Source: Candidatus Heimdallarchaeota archaeon (GTDB taxonomy: Archaea > Asgardarchaeota > Heimdallarchaeia > Heimdallarchaeales > Kariarchaeaceae). From it: DNA of 32,000 bases. Where the stretch lies: positions 330,001-362,000 of the forward strand of contig JASBSB010000007.1 of NCBI GenBank assembly GCA_030149205.1, read 5' to 3'. Both the position numbers and the translations under genes were made by a program. Below the pieces are notes generated by a model. That model did no database searches, was not told where the DNA came from, and saw only the letters and a program-made list of their open reading frames with translations. Shown here piece by piece: positions 16,076 to 25,055 of this stretch. Numbering within the stretch: the stretch's first letter is position 1; each line of letters begins with the position of its first letter.

Positions 16076-16807
16076 CTATTTGATTCTGTATTTCTTCCAT
16101 TCCCTTGGTCTGTGAAATCTTGGTCGACTCAACACATAAAATAGCACCATAAGAAACAAAACGAGAAAGAATATCAGCATATTGTCTAACTGGGATGAAC
16201 TCAGATTGTAGGGGTTTTCTTGGGTTGGGAAAAACCGGTTGGGAGGTGGTTGTTGAGACGTAAACACACCCGGTTCATTCTCAACAGTCACATTGGTTGC
16301 CCCAATCCCTGAGACGAGAAATTGAATCTTGAAGATGTTGGGGTTATCATCAGGTGCAACCGAAGGGGACTTACTATTATTGTACACCTCTCCCCATCTG
16401 ATGGTGCGTCCGACAATTGAGTCAAGGTTCAACCATGGGTAGATGAATGGGGTGGGTAACTGTGGGTAGCTCAATCTCTGGTTCTCATTGGGGATGATGA
16501 TGAAGGAGATGTTTAGCATACCACTTAATCTTTTGGGGCTCAGATACAGTCTAGTGTAGGTATTAAAAAAACTCCCAATGGAGGCACCAATTGAGAAGTT
16601 GTAATCAAAGACTCCAGAGGAATTGAACACAAGAACAGTTTTCCTAACTGGATCTTCTGGATCGGGAGGTGTGTTTCCAAAGGTACCCTCATCAAACTGG
16701 TCTGCTGTGACACTTACTTGAGAAATCAGGACGATAATCAGGACGAAACAAAACACTTTCATCGGTTCACAGCTTAGTGAAAAATTGTTTTGCATGCTAA
16801 TAAGCAT
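16076..16807 (-). CDS. Secreted, C-terminally membrane-anchored protein (paralogue A)
   Basis: Signal peptide, C-terminal TM helix and tail RPREWKKY. Shares TRLYL.P..+.G.L.ISF, YP.LP.PF...W.NL and TNVTVENE with 15216-15893. The true start may be a downstream Met (MKVFCF). Confidence 0.82.
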   Translation of the reverse strand: MLISMQNNFSLSCEPMKVFCFVLIIVLISQVSVTADQFDEGTFGNTPPDPEDPVRKTVLVFNSSGVFDYNFSIGASIGSFFNTYTRLYLSPKRLSGMLNISFIIIPNENQRLSYPQLPTPFIYPWLNLDSIVGRTIRWGEVYNNSKSPSVAPDDNPNIFKIQFLVSGIGATNVTVENEPGVFTSQQPPPNRFFPTQENPYNLSSSQLDNMLIFFLVLFLMVLFYVLSRPRFHRPREWKKYRIK

Positions 16808-17428
16808 TTCCCCCTCTTATTTTACCCAGCTACATATAATGCAGATCATAAGAAAATCAGCGCTCTGTTGGCTCACCACCTTCTTTTACGGTCGTACTTC
16901 GACACCAGCAGAAGAGAAACGAATATTAATGTCACTATTGAGAGTATCAAGAAGCCACCCACCAAAGAATTTGGTATCGATTCATATAATTCAAATATAA
17001 TTCATTTATTTAACGGGTTTTATTTGTCATTTGTCCCAATACTCATACTTATTTTGTTTCATTTCTATGTGATTTTCACACTTCCTACAGTGTATGAACA
17101 TCTCCAGAGAACCCTGGATTCACTTGAACAGAGTGATAGTGACTTGTGAATAGAGGGGCTATCTCTCAGTAGAATAATCACGGACTGAATCAACACGGAT
17201 CTCAGAGGATGCTAGTGGAACATGCTGTGACAGAACAACCATGCAGATATGAAATTGCCCCCTCAGAAACAGCAATTTCAAATGTGGGGACACAAAACCC
17301 TAATGAGTTCTAAATGCTAAGAGTGGTGTGAACATTTCTCAAACAAGCTTAAAAATTCTTTTACAAACAACTAAATTGTGCTCTAAAACAACAAGCTTTT
17401 TTAACTACATTCTTAAAAATTAGGTTGA

Positions 17429-18463
17429 ATGAAGAGGGTCAGTCTTCTTATTGTATCAATAATCATTCTAGCAACACTTATGACATCTGAGGGGCAGGCT
17501 ACAGTTCAATTGAAAGCAGGTGATATGTTAATCTATAACAGCACCTTAATCTCACATCATGAAGCTTCAAATGTTCAAGGATATTCACATGGTGATGGAA
17601 ATACCATTAGCTCAAGCAGCCACTTAAAAATTTTAAAGGTCAGTAAAGATTTAGAGACGATTCAGCTTTCAGATACAATAAATGGCCATCTCACGAACAC
17701 CTTCACTTATTCTGTAATTTCATTTGTCAATAATTTCGCGGATAAATTCTTGGTGTTTGACGGCCATAGTTTGCCTCAAAGTAAATTATCTCTCACAACA
17801 AACTTTGCAAGTATTTCTCCCTTCAATTTTCAAAACTTGTATATTCCAATTTTTGTAAATCCTGATTGGTCATTGGTTGGACAACAGCTAAGCAAGAAAA
17901 TTTCTAACTTTTCCTTTATTCAAGGGAGAGAGTTGGGATATTTGAGCTTGAGAGGTTTACTCACTGGAGCTAACACATCATTTGAGTTTAATGGTGTGAA
18001 AGATGTGAACAAGATTTCTGATGCGTTAAATACGTCCAATTCGGCTTGGAAATTTAGTTATTACACGAAATCTGAGGTATCCAACAGATTGGCTGAGAAT
18101 AGCTTTTCCTTTGAGTTGTCCTATCGAACTTCGGGTCTGCTTGATCATTTCACCTTTAAGCGTAAATCTATATCCTATAGGCAAATTAGTAAGCAATCAT
18201 CTCCAATTGGAAATCAGACAGTGACTCCACCAGGGACGACTGCTGCTTATGTTCAAAGAGATATATACAATCAAGCGGGTTTTGTAACAGTGAACTCTTC
18301 TGCTCCAATTAATAACCCTAACGGACTGTTGGACTTTGTCTCAAATCTCGGCTTTTTTGAAATTGGTACCTTTTTGGGTTCACTTGTGTTAATTGTCCTA
18401 TTTTATGCATATTTTCGAACCTTAAGAAAAATTCCAAAAGCCTCAAAGGAGGGAGAAGCATGA
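17429..18463 (+). CDS. Secreted cell-surface (glyco)protein with a C-terminal TM anchor
   Basis: Signal peptide, S/T/N-rich beta-type body, C-terminal TM helix plus basic tail (RTLRKIPK); TATA-like TTTTTAAC at 17398-17405. Confidence 0.82.
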   Translation: MKRVSLLIVSIIILATLMTSEGQATVQLKAGDMLIYNSTLISHHEASNVQGYSHGDGNTISSSSHLKILKVSKDLETIQLSDTINGHLTNTFTYSVISFVNNFADKFLVFDGHSLPQSKLSLTTNFASISPFNFQNLYIPIFVNPDWSLVGQQLSKKISNFSFIQGRELGYLSLRGLLTGANTSFEFNGVKDVNKISDALNTSNSAWKFSYYTKSEVSNRLAENSFSFELSYRTSGLLDHFTFKRKSISYRQISKQSSPIGNQTVTPPGTTAAYVQRDIYNQAGFVTVNSSAPINNPNGLLDFVSNLGFFEIGTFLGSLVLIVLFYAYFRTLRKIPKASKEGEA

Positions 18464-19521
18464 AACAAACTGATAACAAAACATCTGGTGGAATGCATCA
18501 GCAGAATCTGTCTAAGACCCTCTGTCTGCTTTTAATCATCAATTTTCTGTTCTCAGTTGGATGGTCACCTGTCTCAGGACAGGGTTCATCATCTATCACC
18601 GTGGGTGATAGTTTCAGTGTTAACAAAGCGAAGAACACTCTGGATCTGTACACAACTGGAAGTAATCTAGACCAACAGATCCTGCAGAAAGTTAATAACT
18701 CGGAGACCTCTCATCTGACCTTTAATGTGACAAAAATTGATCCCGTGGCTCAGACCACCACTCAGATGTATGTTAATAATCTGAACATTCTGCAAACCCC
18801 CTCAAGTTATTCAGTAACAAATTTTGCTAAGTATTTTGGCTCTAATTTTCTATCTTCATCACAAGCTGTGATTAACAACACGAAAACAATTTACAGTGTT
18901 GATTCTCCCTTTGTCAGAAAAACAGGTCTCCCACCAATATTTTGGTATCTCACACCAAACTGGGAAGAACTAGCAACAAGATTAGGAAAGATCATAAACA
19001 CATCATTAAATATAGACAGTTCCTACGTTTCAGGTACTAACAGTACAAAATTTACCCTGGGAGATATGCTTAAATCCACGTCATCTTTTAACCTCTTTGG
19101 AGCAACAAGAACTCAAGACCTACCTCAGGCAATTAGAAATCTGAAGAACTATTTCTTCTATCAGATCAATTATACATCGTCATCTCCGGGCTTAAGTGCT
19201 CAAAGTCATTTTGTTGAACTTAAGATCAAATACTCATCTCAGGGCATTTTGGAGTATATAATATTTAAATCAGGTACCAGGCAGTCCACGGGCACACAGG
19301 ACTATTTACATGAAACAGTCACAAAAATTACAATTACGAGGGAAAGCACAAAAAACTCCGGTCTACAGATTTTTCCGTTCCTCAATAATTATCTTGCACC
19401 ATTCCTGTTTTTTGGAATATTTTTAGCAGACTCTCTCCTTATCATTGGGATATATTTGAACCTGAGAAAGAGAAAGATTGTGTTAAACAACATGGCTGAT
19501 GATGGTGGATTGCAACCTTAA
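18460..19521 (+). CDS. Secreted cell-surface (glyco)protein, distant paralogue of 17429-18463
   Basis: 4-bp ATGA overlap with the upstream gene; signal peptide, many NxS/T sequons, C-terminal TM helix plus LRKRK. Confidence 0.82.
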   Translation: MKQTDNKTSGGMHQQNLSKTLCLLLIINFLFSVGWSPVSGQGSSSITVGDSFSVNKAKNTLDLYTTGSNLDQQILQKVNNSETSHLTFNVTKIDPVAQTTTQMYVNNLNILQTPSSYSVTNFAKYFGSNFLSSSQAVINNTKTIYSVDSPFVRKTGLPPIFWYLTPNWEELATRLGKIINTSLNIDSSYVSGTNSTKFTLGDMLKSTSSFNLFGATRTQDLPQAIRNLKNYFFYQINYTSSSPGLSAQSHFVELKIKYSSQGILEYIIFKSGTRQSTGTQDYLHETVTKITITRESTKNSGLQIFPFLNNYLAPFLFFGIFLADSLLIIGIYLNLRKRKIVLNNMADDGGLQP

Positions 19522-19534
19522 GAAACTTTAGTGA

Positions 19535-19604
19535 TAAGGGATTTAAGTGATTTAAGATATAAGGGATATAAGGGATTTCAGTTATAAGGTATGAGGGATG
19601 TAAG
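19535..19604. repeat. Imperfect TAAGGGAT(T/A) tandem array between convergent genes
   Basis: taagggatt taagtgatt taagata taagggata taagggatt tcagtta taaggtatg. Confidence 0.75.
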
Positions 19605-19691
19605 CTTTACAGAAGTCAATTTCTAAGAATTAAGAAATCGCCCAACAGTCACTAAAGCATCAGCGTTCAATCAAACGGAGGTCACACGGCT

Positions 19692-21464
19692 TTAAACTAT
19701 TATAATTTGTAAGATTAGTGAGTTCTTCAGGCTGTCAGGAAGGGAATCCAGCAGATTTCCCGGGATAAACAGCGCAATCAGATTCTGGAGCCTACCAATT
19801 GATTGAGGAAGACTTTTAAGTCTGCAGTGAGACAAATCTAATAAACACAGATTGCTCAGCTCACCAACTGACTCTGGAAGTGATTCTATCTCATTCCACC
19901 CCATCTTCAGAGCAAACAGATTTTTGAGCTCTCCAATAGAATTAGGAAGTGTTTTCAGCTCATTGTATGTTAAGTCCAGCACTTGTAGCTCTGTCAGCCC
20001 ACCTATAGTCTCTGGGATTGATTTCAGAGAATTTCCTGACAAATCTAAGCTAACCAGGTTCTTCAACTGCTTAATTGACTCAAGGAGAGCCTCTCTCTCA
20101 TTGTCAGCCAAACTCTGCTGTCTTAGCTCGTAAAACAGATCAGCGACCTCTGAAAAGGAGTCTGATATGCTGGCACCAACTTTCAGAACCCGTAGGCTAT
20201 TGAGAGCCCCTATACCCCCTGCGAATGATTTAAAGGCAGTCATATCCAAAGACAGCCTTACCAAATTTTTAAGCCTGTTCATAGGCTGTGGAAGAAAAAT
20301 CAGTCTGTTTTCCTCCAGATTTAATTCCTCAAGGTTACTGAGCATTTTAATGACATCTGGAAGGGTCTCTAACCTGTTATCTTTCAGATTTAATTCTCTT
20401 AGGTTTTTGAGACCTCCAATGCTGTCTGGAAGTGTCTTCAACTGGTTCGACTCCAGATATAGCTCTCTTAGATTCTTGAGAGCTCCAATAGAGTGGGGAA
20501 CTGAACGTAATTTGTTTTTGTTAAGGTTGAGCATACGTAGATTCTGAAGCCTTCCAACTGACTCTGGAAGTGACTCTAAGTTGTTATCACTTAATTTTAA
20601 CCTTCTCAGGTTGTCAAGCTGCCAAATAAACTCTGGGAATGATTTCAGGTGTCTGGCCCCCACAGAGAGGTCTCGTAAATTTTTGAGCTGACCCAAAATC
20701 TCAGGCATGAAATGGAAGTCCTCACCCCCGAAAAACTTCAACTGCCACAGGTTCTGAAGCTTACCCATGGATTCTGGCAGTGAGCGGAAGTTATTATCGG
20801 CATAGAACTTGAACACCCTCAGGTTCTGAAGCTGACCAATTGATTCAGGGAGGGATGTTATGTTATTGTAACTGACTACAAGCTCCTTCAGCTTTTTGAG
20901 CATTCCAATTGAATCAGGAAGTGAACCCAAGGATTCATTGCTGTACAATTTCAGCTCCTCCAGGTTTTTTAGACCCCCAATGGTCTCAGGAAGTGAAAGT
21001 AGCTGAGAGGATGCTATCTCTAACTTACGCAGATTCTGGAGTCTCCCGATAGAGTCTGGGAATGACTCTGCTTCCATTCTTCTCAGCCTTAGCCTCTCCA
21101 AATTTTGAAGTTCCCCTATAGTATCTGGAAGTGGACCCAGCAATTCAATGATCTCTAGCCTCTGCAATTGCTGGAGTTCTCCAATTGACTCGGGAAGGGA
21201 ATCCAATGTGGAAGCGTTTATCATCAATGTCCTCAGCTGCGACAATTCTGCAAGCTTACAGCCGAATGCATCGGGGAGTGAATTAGCTCTGGTTATACGT
21301 AAGCTTAATTCCACCAAATCTGTCACCTGCGAAATCTCCGGCACAAATTCTGGGATCTTAAGCTCCAGGCTTTTCTTATTACCATCAATGGCTAAACCAA
21401 AGCCGTTCCGATACAGCATCCTTAGCACACCCTGAAGATGCTCAACCTGATCCTCAAAACCCAT
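19692..21464 (-). CDS. Cytoplasmic leucine-rich-repeat protein (about 22 LRRs of 22-24 aa)
   Basis: Repeated LPESIGxLxNLxxLxLxxNxL units. The start is moved from 21653 to the ATG at 21464, which has GGAGGT just upstream and avoids overlapping the radical SAM gene. Confidence 0.92.
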   Translation of the reverse strand: MGFEDQVEHLQGVLRMLYRNGFGLAIDGNKKSLELKIPEFVPEISQVTDLVELSLRITRANSLPDAFGCKLAELSQLRTLMINASTLDSLPESIGELQQLQRLEIIELLGPLPDTIGELQNLERLRLRRMEAESFPDSIGRLQNLRKLEIASSQLLSLPETIGGLKNLEELKLYSNESLGSLPDSIGMLKKLKELVVSYNNITSLPESIGQLQNLRVFKFYADNNFRSLPESMGKLQNLWQLKFFGGEDFHFMPEILGQLKNLRDLSVGARHLKSFPEFIWQLDNLRRLKLSDNNLESLPESVGRLQNLRMLNLNKNKLRSVPHSIGALKNLRELYLESNQLKTLPDSIGGLKNLRELNLKDNRLETLPDVIKMLSNLEELNLEENRLIFLPQPMNRLKNLVRLSLDMTAFKSFAGGIGALNSLRVLKVGASISDSFSEVADLFYELRQQSLADNEREALLESIKQLKNLVSLDLSGNSLKSIPETIGGLTELQVLDLTYNELKTLPNSIGELKNLFALKMGWNEIESLPESVGELSNLCLLDLSHCRLKSLPQSIGRLQNLIALFIPGNLLDSLPDSLKNSLILQIIIV

Positions 21465-21583
21465 TGTAAGACCTCCAATCACGATTGTAAGACGTGTATA
21501 AAAAGGGTTGGGTTTCCAAATGGTGTTATAAATAGAATAACAAGTTAAGAACACGTTGTACTGGGGATATGCTGAATTACAAA

Positions 21584-22420
21584 TTAAGAATACGTGTTTT
21601 CTAGATTCAAACCATCCCTCTTCAACTGAAGAATCTGTGAGCGGCTCATCCACCGGGTCTGTATTACCTCCTTTGGAAATATCGGTGAAAAAACCATCTC
21701 CATATCATCCGTAAGGTTCACATCCAAACCTGTACCCTTCAGCCTGATGAGTGGAAACAGGAGAATGGTCTTAGTATATTTCCGGAGAAATTTGTAGTCT
21801 TTGACCAGGGATTCATAGGTCTGATAGGGCAGGCCATAGATCAGATGGGCCTCGATTGAGATATTATACCTTTTGATCTTCTCAAGCACCTCCTCAATTC
21901 TGTCCCGGTTATTTCTTCTCTTGATCTGCTCCTGAACAACGGGGTCTAAAGTCTGAATCCCACACTCTAAAACAATGTTGAGTCCACCTATCAAATTTAA
22001 TAACTCATCATCCAAGTGCTCAAGTTTGGTCTGAATCTCAAACCTAATATCTGGACAGATATCTTTAATCAGTGTAAGTATTGCTTTGGCACGATCCTTA
22101 TGAACAGAGAAGATTGGGTCAAAAACAGCAACCTCCCTCACCCCCCGTTTGACAAACAGTTCAAGGTCACTTCTGACCCTGTCGAGTCCCATCTCATACA
22201 TGCTATTGTACCCGTTGGGAAACGCACAGAAAGAGCATCTGTAGAGGCATCCCCTCTGTGTTTGCCATCTGGTGAACCCCTCTTCTTCTCTTCCAAATGG
22301 TGTTTCCGAGAGAGTTGGGTGCTGAAAGGGGGAGATCATGGTATCTGAGCTAATCTGGGAAAATTCGTCAAAGTCGGTCGAATCCGGTGTATAGATGCTT
22401 TTTCCTAATTGATGTACCAA
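21584..22420 (-). pseudogene. Radical SAM domain of B12-binding-family type lacking the N-terminal cobalamin-binding domain (probably 5'-truncated)
   Basis: QTQRGCLYRCSFC (CxxxCxxC), LECGIQT and HLIYGLPYQT. An in-frame TAG lies 13 codons upstream of the TTG start. Confidence 0.65.
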
Positions 22421-22555
22421 ACCTGCTTCATAGAGAATTATGTTAAGAAATGCTTGCTATCCATCCTCATTACATTATTTTATTAAACTTGAAAGGCATT
22501 TTGGTTAGTCTTGTTTTCAATTCAAGACAACGTAATTAGTGCATAAAAAATCAAA

Positions 22556-23500
22556 TTAATCCTCCAATTTAGAAAGAACCTCTTTGCTAAATTTTGACTT
22601 ATTAAACGATAAATATCCTGTTGATGTGGGAGATTTTAAACTTAAGTTTGTAATTGTATCAACATTTACAAATTTGGGTATCATGTTAATTATATCTGAA
22701 TGAGGATTTATTATCCCTAAACGGTATGGCTGGTCAACCCTTAAATAATTACCTAAAAATTCCGATTGACTAATTTCTTTAATTATTTCAACAACACGTG
22801 AAGGTGTTAATTTTGAATTTAATTTTGCTAACCTTCTTTCTCTCCATGCATTAAAAAGTTCAGTTCTGTCTTTTCCTTCTCCAGCTTTAACAAATTTTGT
22901 TGTAGCTTCCAGGAGATTTTTCACCTCGTTAGGGAAAATACCTTTTAGTATGCTGGATAAAGCAAGTTCAACGTTAGCGGAAACATTTTCTATTTCAAGA
23001 ATGTTCCATAAATCCTCCCAAATTTCGGCATCTTTGATCATTGAACTTAACCAATATCTTTCAACCTCGTCAGTTCTATCACGGTTTATAGAGGGTTGAA
23101 CCCGAACCAAACTATTTAACGCTTTTTCACTAATATTTCCTTCGAGCGTAAACAATAATGCATCTGTATTTAATTTACTTGGATTGATTTTCCAGTTTTT
23201 ACCATCAAATATGGAGCTTGGGTCGATAAATTCCATATCCATATATAGTGGTTTAAGAACTTCTGTAAGTGTAAACCCCTGAGAAGCAGGAATCACTATT
23301 TTTCTCCACTTCTTGGACAATCCGGATAGATTGTTCACTAGTATTTTAATTTCGGCAGAACGGTTTTGGTAATTTATTTTAAATCTTTTTTTAGTTGGTT
23401 TAAAGGGTTGAAGTGTTTCATGAATTCGATTGACCCAACCCAAAGCGTCACTTGCAATTTTTGAAGCATTTATCAATTCTTTTCCACTAATTTTATTCAC
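22556..23500 (-). CDS. Hypothetical protein (AT-rich cassette, gene 2)
   Basis: 314 aa uninterrupted ORF, GTG start, 8-bp overlap with the upstream gene; no motif recognised. Confidence 0.8.
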   Translation of the reverse strand: MNKISGKELINASKIASDALGWVNRIHETLQPFKPTKKRFKINYQNRSAEIKILVNNLSGLSKKWRKIVIPASQGFTLTEVLKPLYMDMEFIDPSSIFDGKNWKINPSKLNTDALLFTLEGNISEKALNSLVRVQPSINRDRTDEVERYWLSSMIKDAEIWEDLWNILEIENVSANVELALSSILKGIFPNEVKNLLEATTKFVKAGEGKDRTELFNAWRERRLAKLNSKLTPSRVVEIIKEISQSEFLGNYLRVDQPYRLGIINPHSDIINMIPKFVNVDTITNLSLKSPTSTGYLSFNKSKFSKEVLSKLED

Positions 23501-24494
23501 CCTCTATTTCTGCAACATTTCTCAAAATGTCACTTTTTACTTTCTCGATTTTTATATATATCTCATTGGTACTTTCTATTTTATTTAAAATATCAAGAGA
23601 TATAGGAATTTTCAGAGGTTCATACTCATTTGATAACAAGTCTCTATATTTGATAATTATTATAAAGTCTTCAATCTTGACTAGATCTGCGTATGACACA
23701 CTAGCTTCTTCTGAAACTCTTGCTTCGGGGGTAAGTTGCACATTATTAGATAATTCTTGTATAACGCTCAATAGATAGGGTTGAAGTGAAACATATAGGT
23801 TTTCAAGATTATTTATCTCATCTTCATTGAGTTCATTTATCTCTTCTTCACTGAAAATTTCTTTTAATACATTGAGTATAAGCTGTTTTGATTTAAATGT
23901 AATTTTTTCATTAGATATATTCTTTTTTTGAAATTCAACCCCACTGTTTTTACTATTTTTTGAATCATTTATGTAATTTTCTAATGCCATCTTAACAATA
24001 TTCTTAGAATGAGTCACAACCCTACCTTTTACCCTTCCTTCAATTGTAAATTCTATATCACCAAACCCTTGATGAATTAATTCAATCCCAAGTTTATTTT
24101 CTATCACTGATATTTTATCAAAAAATATTTTTGGTCTTAGAATACGGATGTTGCATTTATTAGAACAACTTAGTCTAGTACCTAATTTTAATTGAGCCAG
24201 AATCTTAAAATTTAATTGTTCATCAATCGGAATTTTAGAGTATTTTAAAATTATACCAACATAACCTTTAGCAAATTCATTTTTAATAAAATTCGGCTTT
24301 AGAATAAGCTTAATTAAATTTTCATAGATGGTTTTCTCCACTATAACTCCGTTTAAAATTTCTATTAAATCTAAGTCTTTATCAAACTTTAATTCAAGAA
24401 AATCATCTTTGTTTTTATTATCCCACACGAAGCTTACTGGTATTTCTTCAAATGGAAGAACCCAAGGGGCTATTTCTAATTCTATATTTTTCAT
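23493..24494 (-). CDS. Hypothetical protein (AT-rich cassette, gene 1)
   Basis: 333 aa uninterrupted ORF in DNA of about 20-27% GC by sampled lines; beta-strand-like patterns at both ends; no signal peptide or TM helix. Confidence 0.8.
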   Translation of the reverse strand: MKNIELEIAPWVLPFEEIPVSFVWDNKNKDDFLELKFDKDLDLIEILNGVIVEKTIYENLIKLILKPNFIKNEFAKGYVGIILKYSKIPIDEQLNFKILAQLKLGTRLSCSNKCNIRILRPKIFFDKISVIENKLGIELIHQGFGDIEFTIEGRVKGRVVTHSKNIVKMALENYINDSKNSKNSGVEFQKKNISNEKITFKSKQLILNVLKEIFSEEEINELNEDEINNLENLYVSLQPYLLSVIQELSNNVQLTPEARVSEEASVSYADLVKIEDFIIIIKYRDLLSNEYEPLKIPISLDILNKIESTNEIYIKIEKVKSDILRNVAEIEGE

Positions 24495-25055
24495 ACTTTA
24501 TATTTATTAGATTAGTTAGTAAACTTTAAGGTTAATTAGTAAATAATTGAATTTTTTTGAAGGCAGGTCTCCAAGGGTATTTTTGATGCGTTAAGAAGTC
24601 AAATAAATTCTTTTTGGATATGCATTGAATATTTCTTGAAACTTTCGTCAATTTTTAAAGTGTTGACTGATACCTCTTGAATTTTATAACGTTATTAATT
24701 CAATCTTAGATTTAGAATTTTAGGATCTTTAAATATCTCTGGCAATTTTGATCACTCCTACTGTTTTGATGTTTTATTTTTCTTCAAAAAATTTCATAAG
24801 ACCTAAAAAAAATGATTTTCTTTAGATCTTCTGACTACCTTTTAAACAAATCAAAGTTCATGTATGCAAATCTTGGATGAAGATATTTTTATCTAAATAT
24901 ATCTTTTATTCAGAAACTAAATTTAAATATTTTTCAGAAAATTATTTCAAAATTTGTTTAATTAAATTAATTTGGTTTAAGTTACTCGTATCAAATATCA
25001 AAAATTTGCCGAAATTGCTTTTTTTTTTTGTTCCTCAATGTCTTACTTTAGTTTT

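Noticed and set aside
16790-17149. 119-aa plus-strand ORF with TNINVTIES and a hydrophobic stretch, faintly like the C-terminus of the 15216/16076 paralogues
   Set aside because: The similarity is too short to distinguish from chance, it is on the opposite strand, and it overlaps the neighbour's start.
20085-20175. Apparent non-LRR island domain in the LRR protein (FSEVADLFYELRQQSLADNEREA)
   Set aside because: The extra segment is exactly 23 aa and retains LxxxxLxxN spacing, so it is a degenerate repeat, not an island.
21465-21653. 63-aa N-terminal extension of the LRR protein given by the ORF track
   Set aside because: It overlaps the radical SAM 3' end, and the ATG at 21464 has a GGAGGT ribosome-binding motif.
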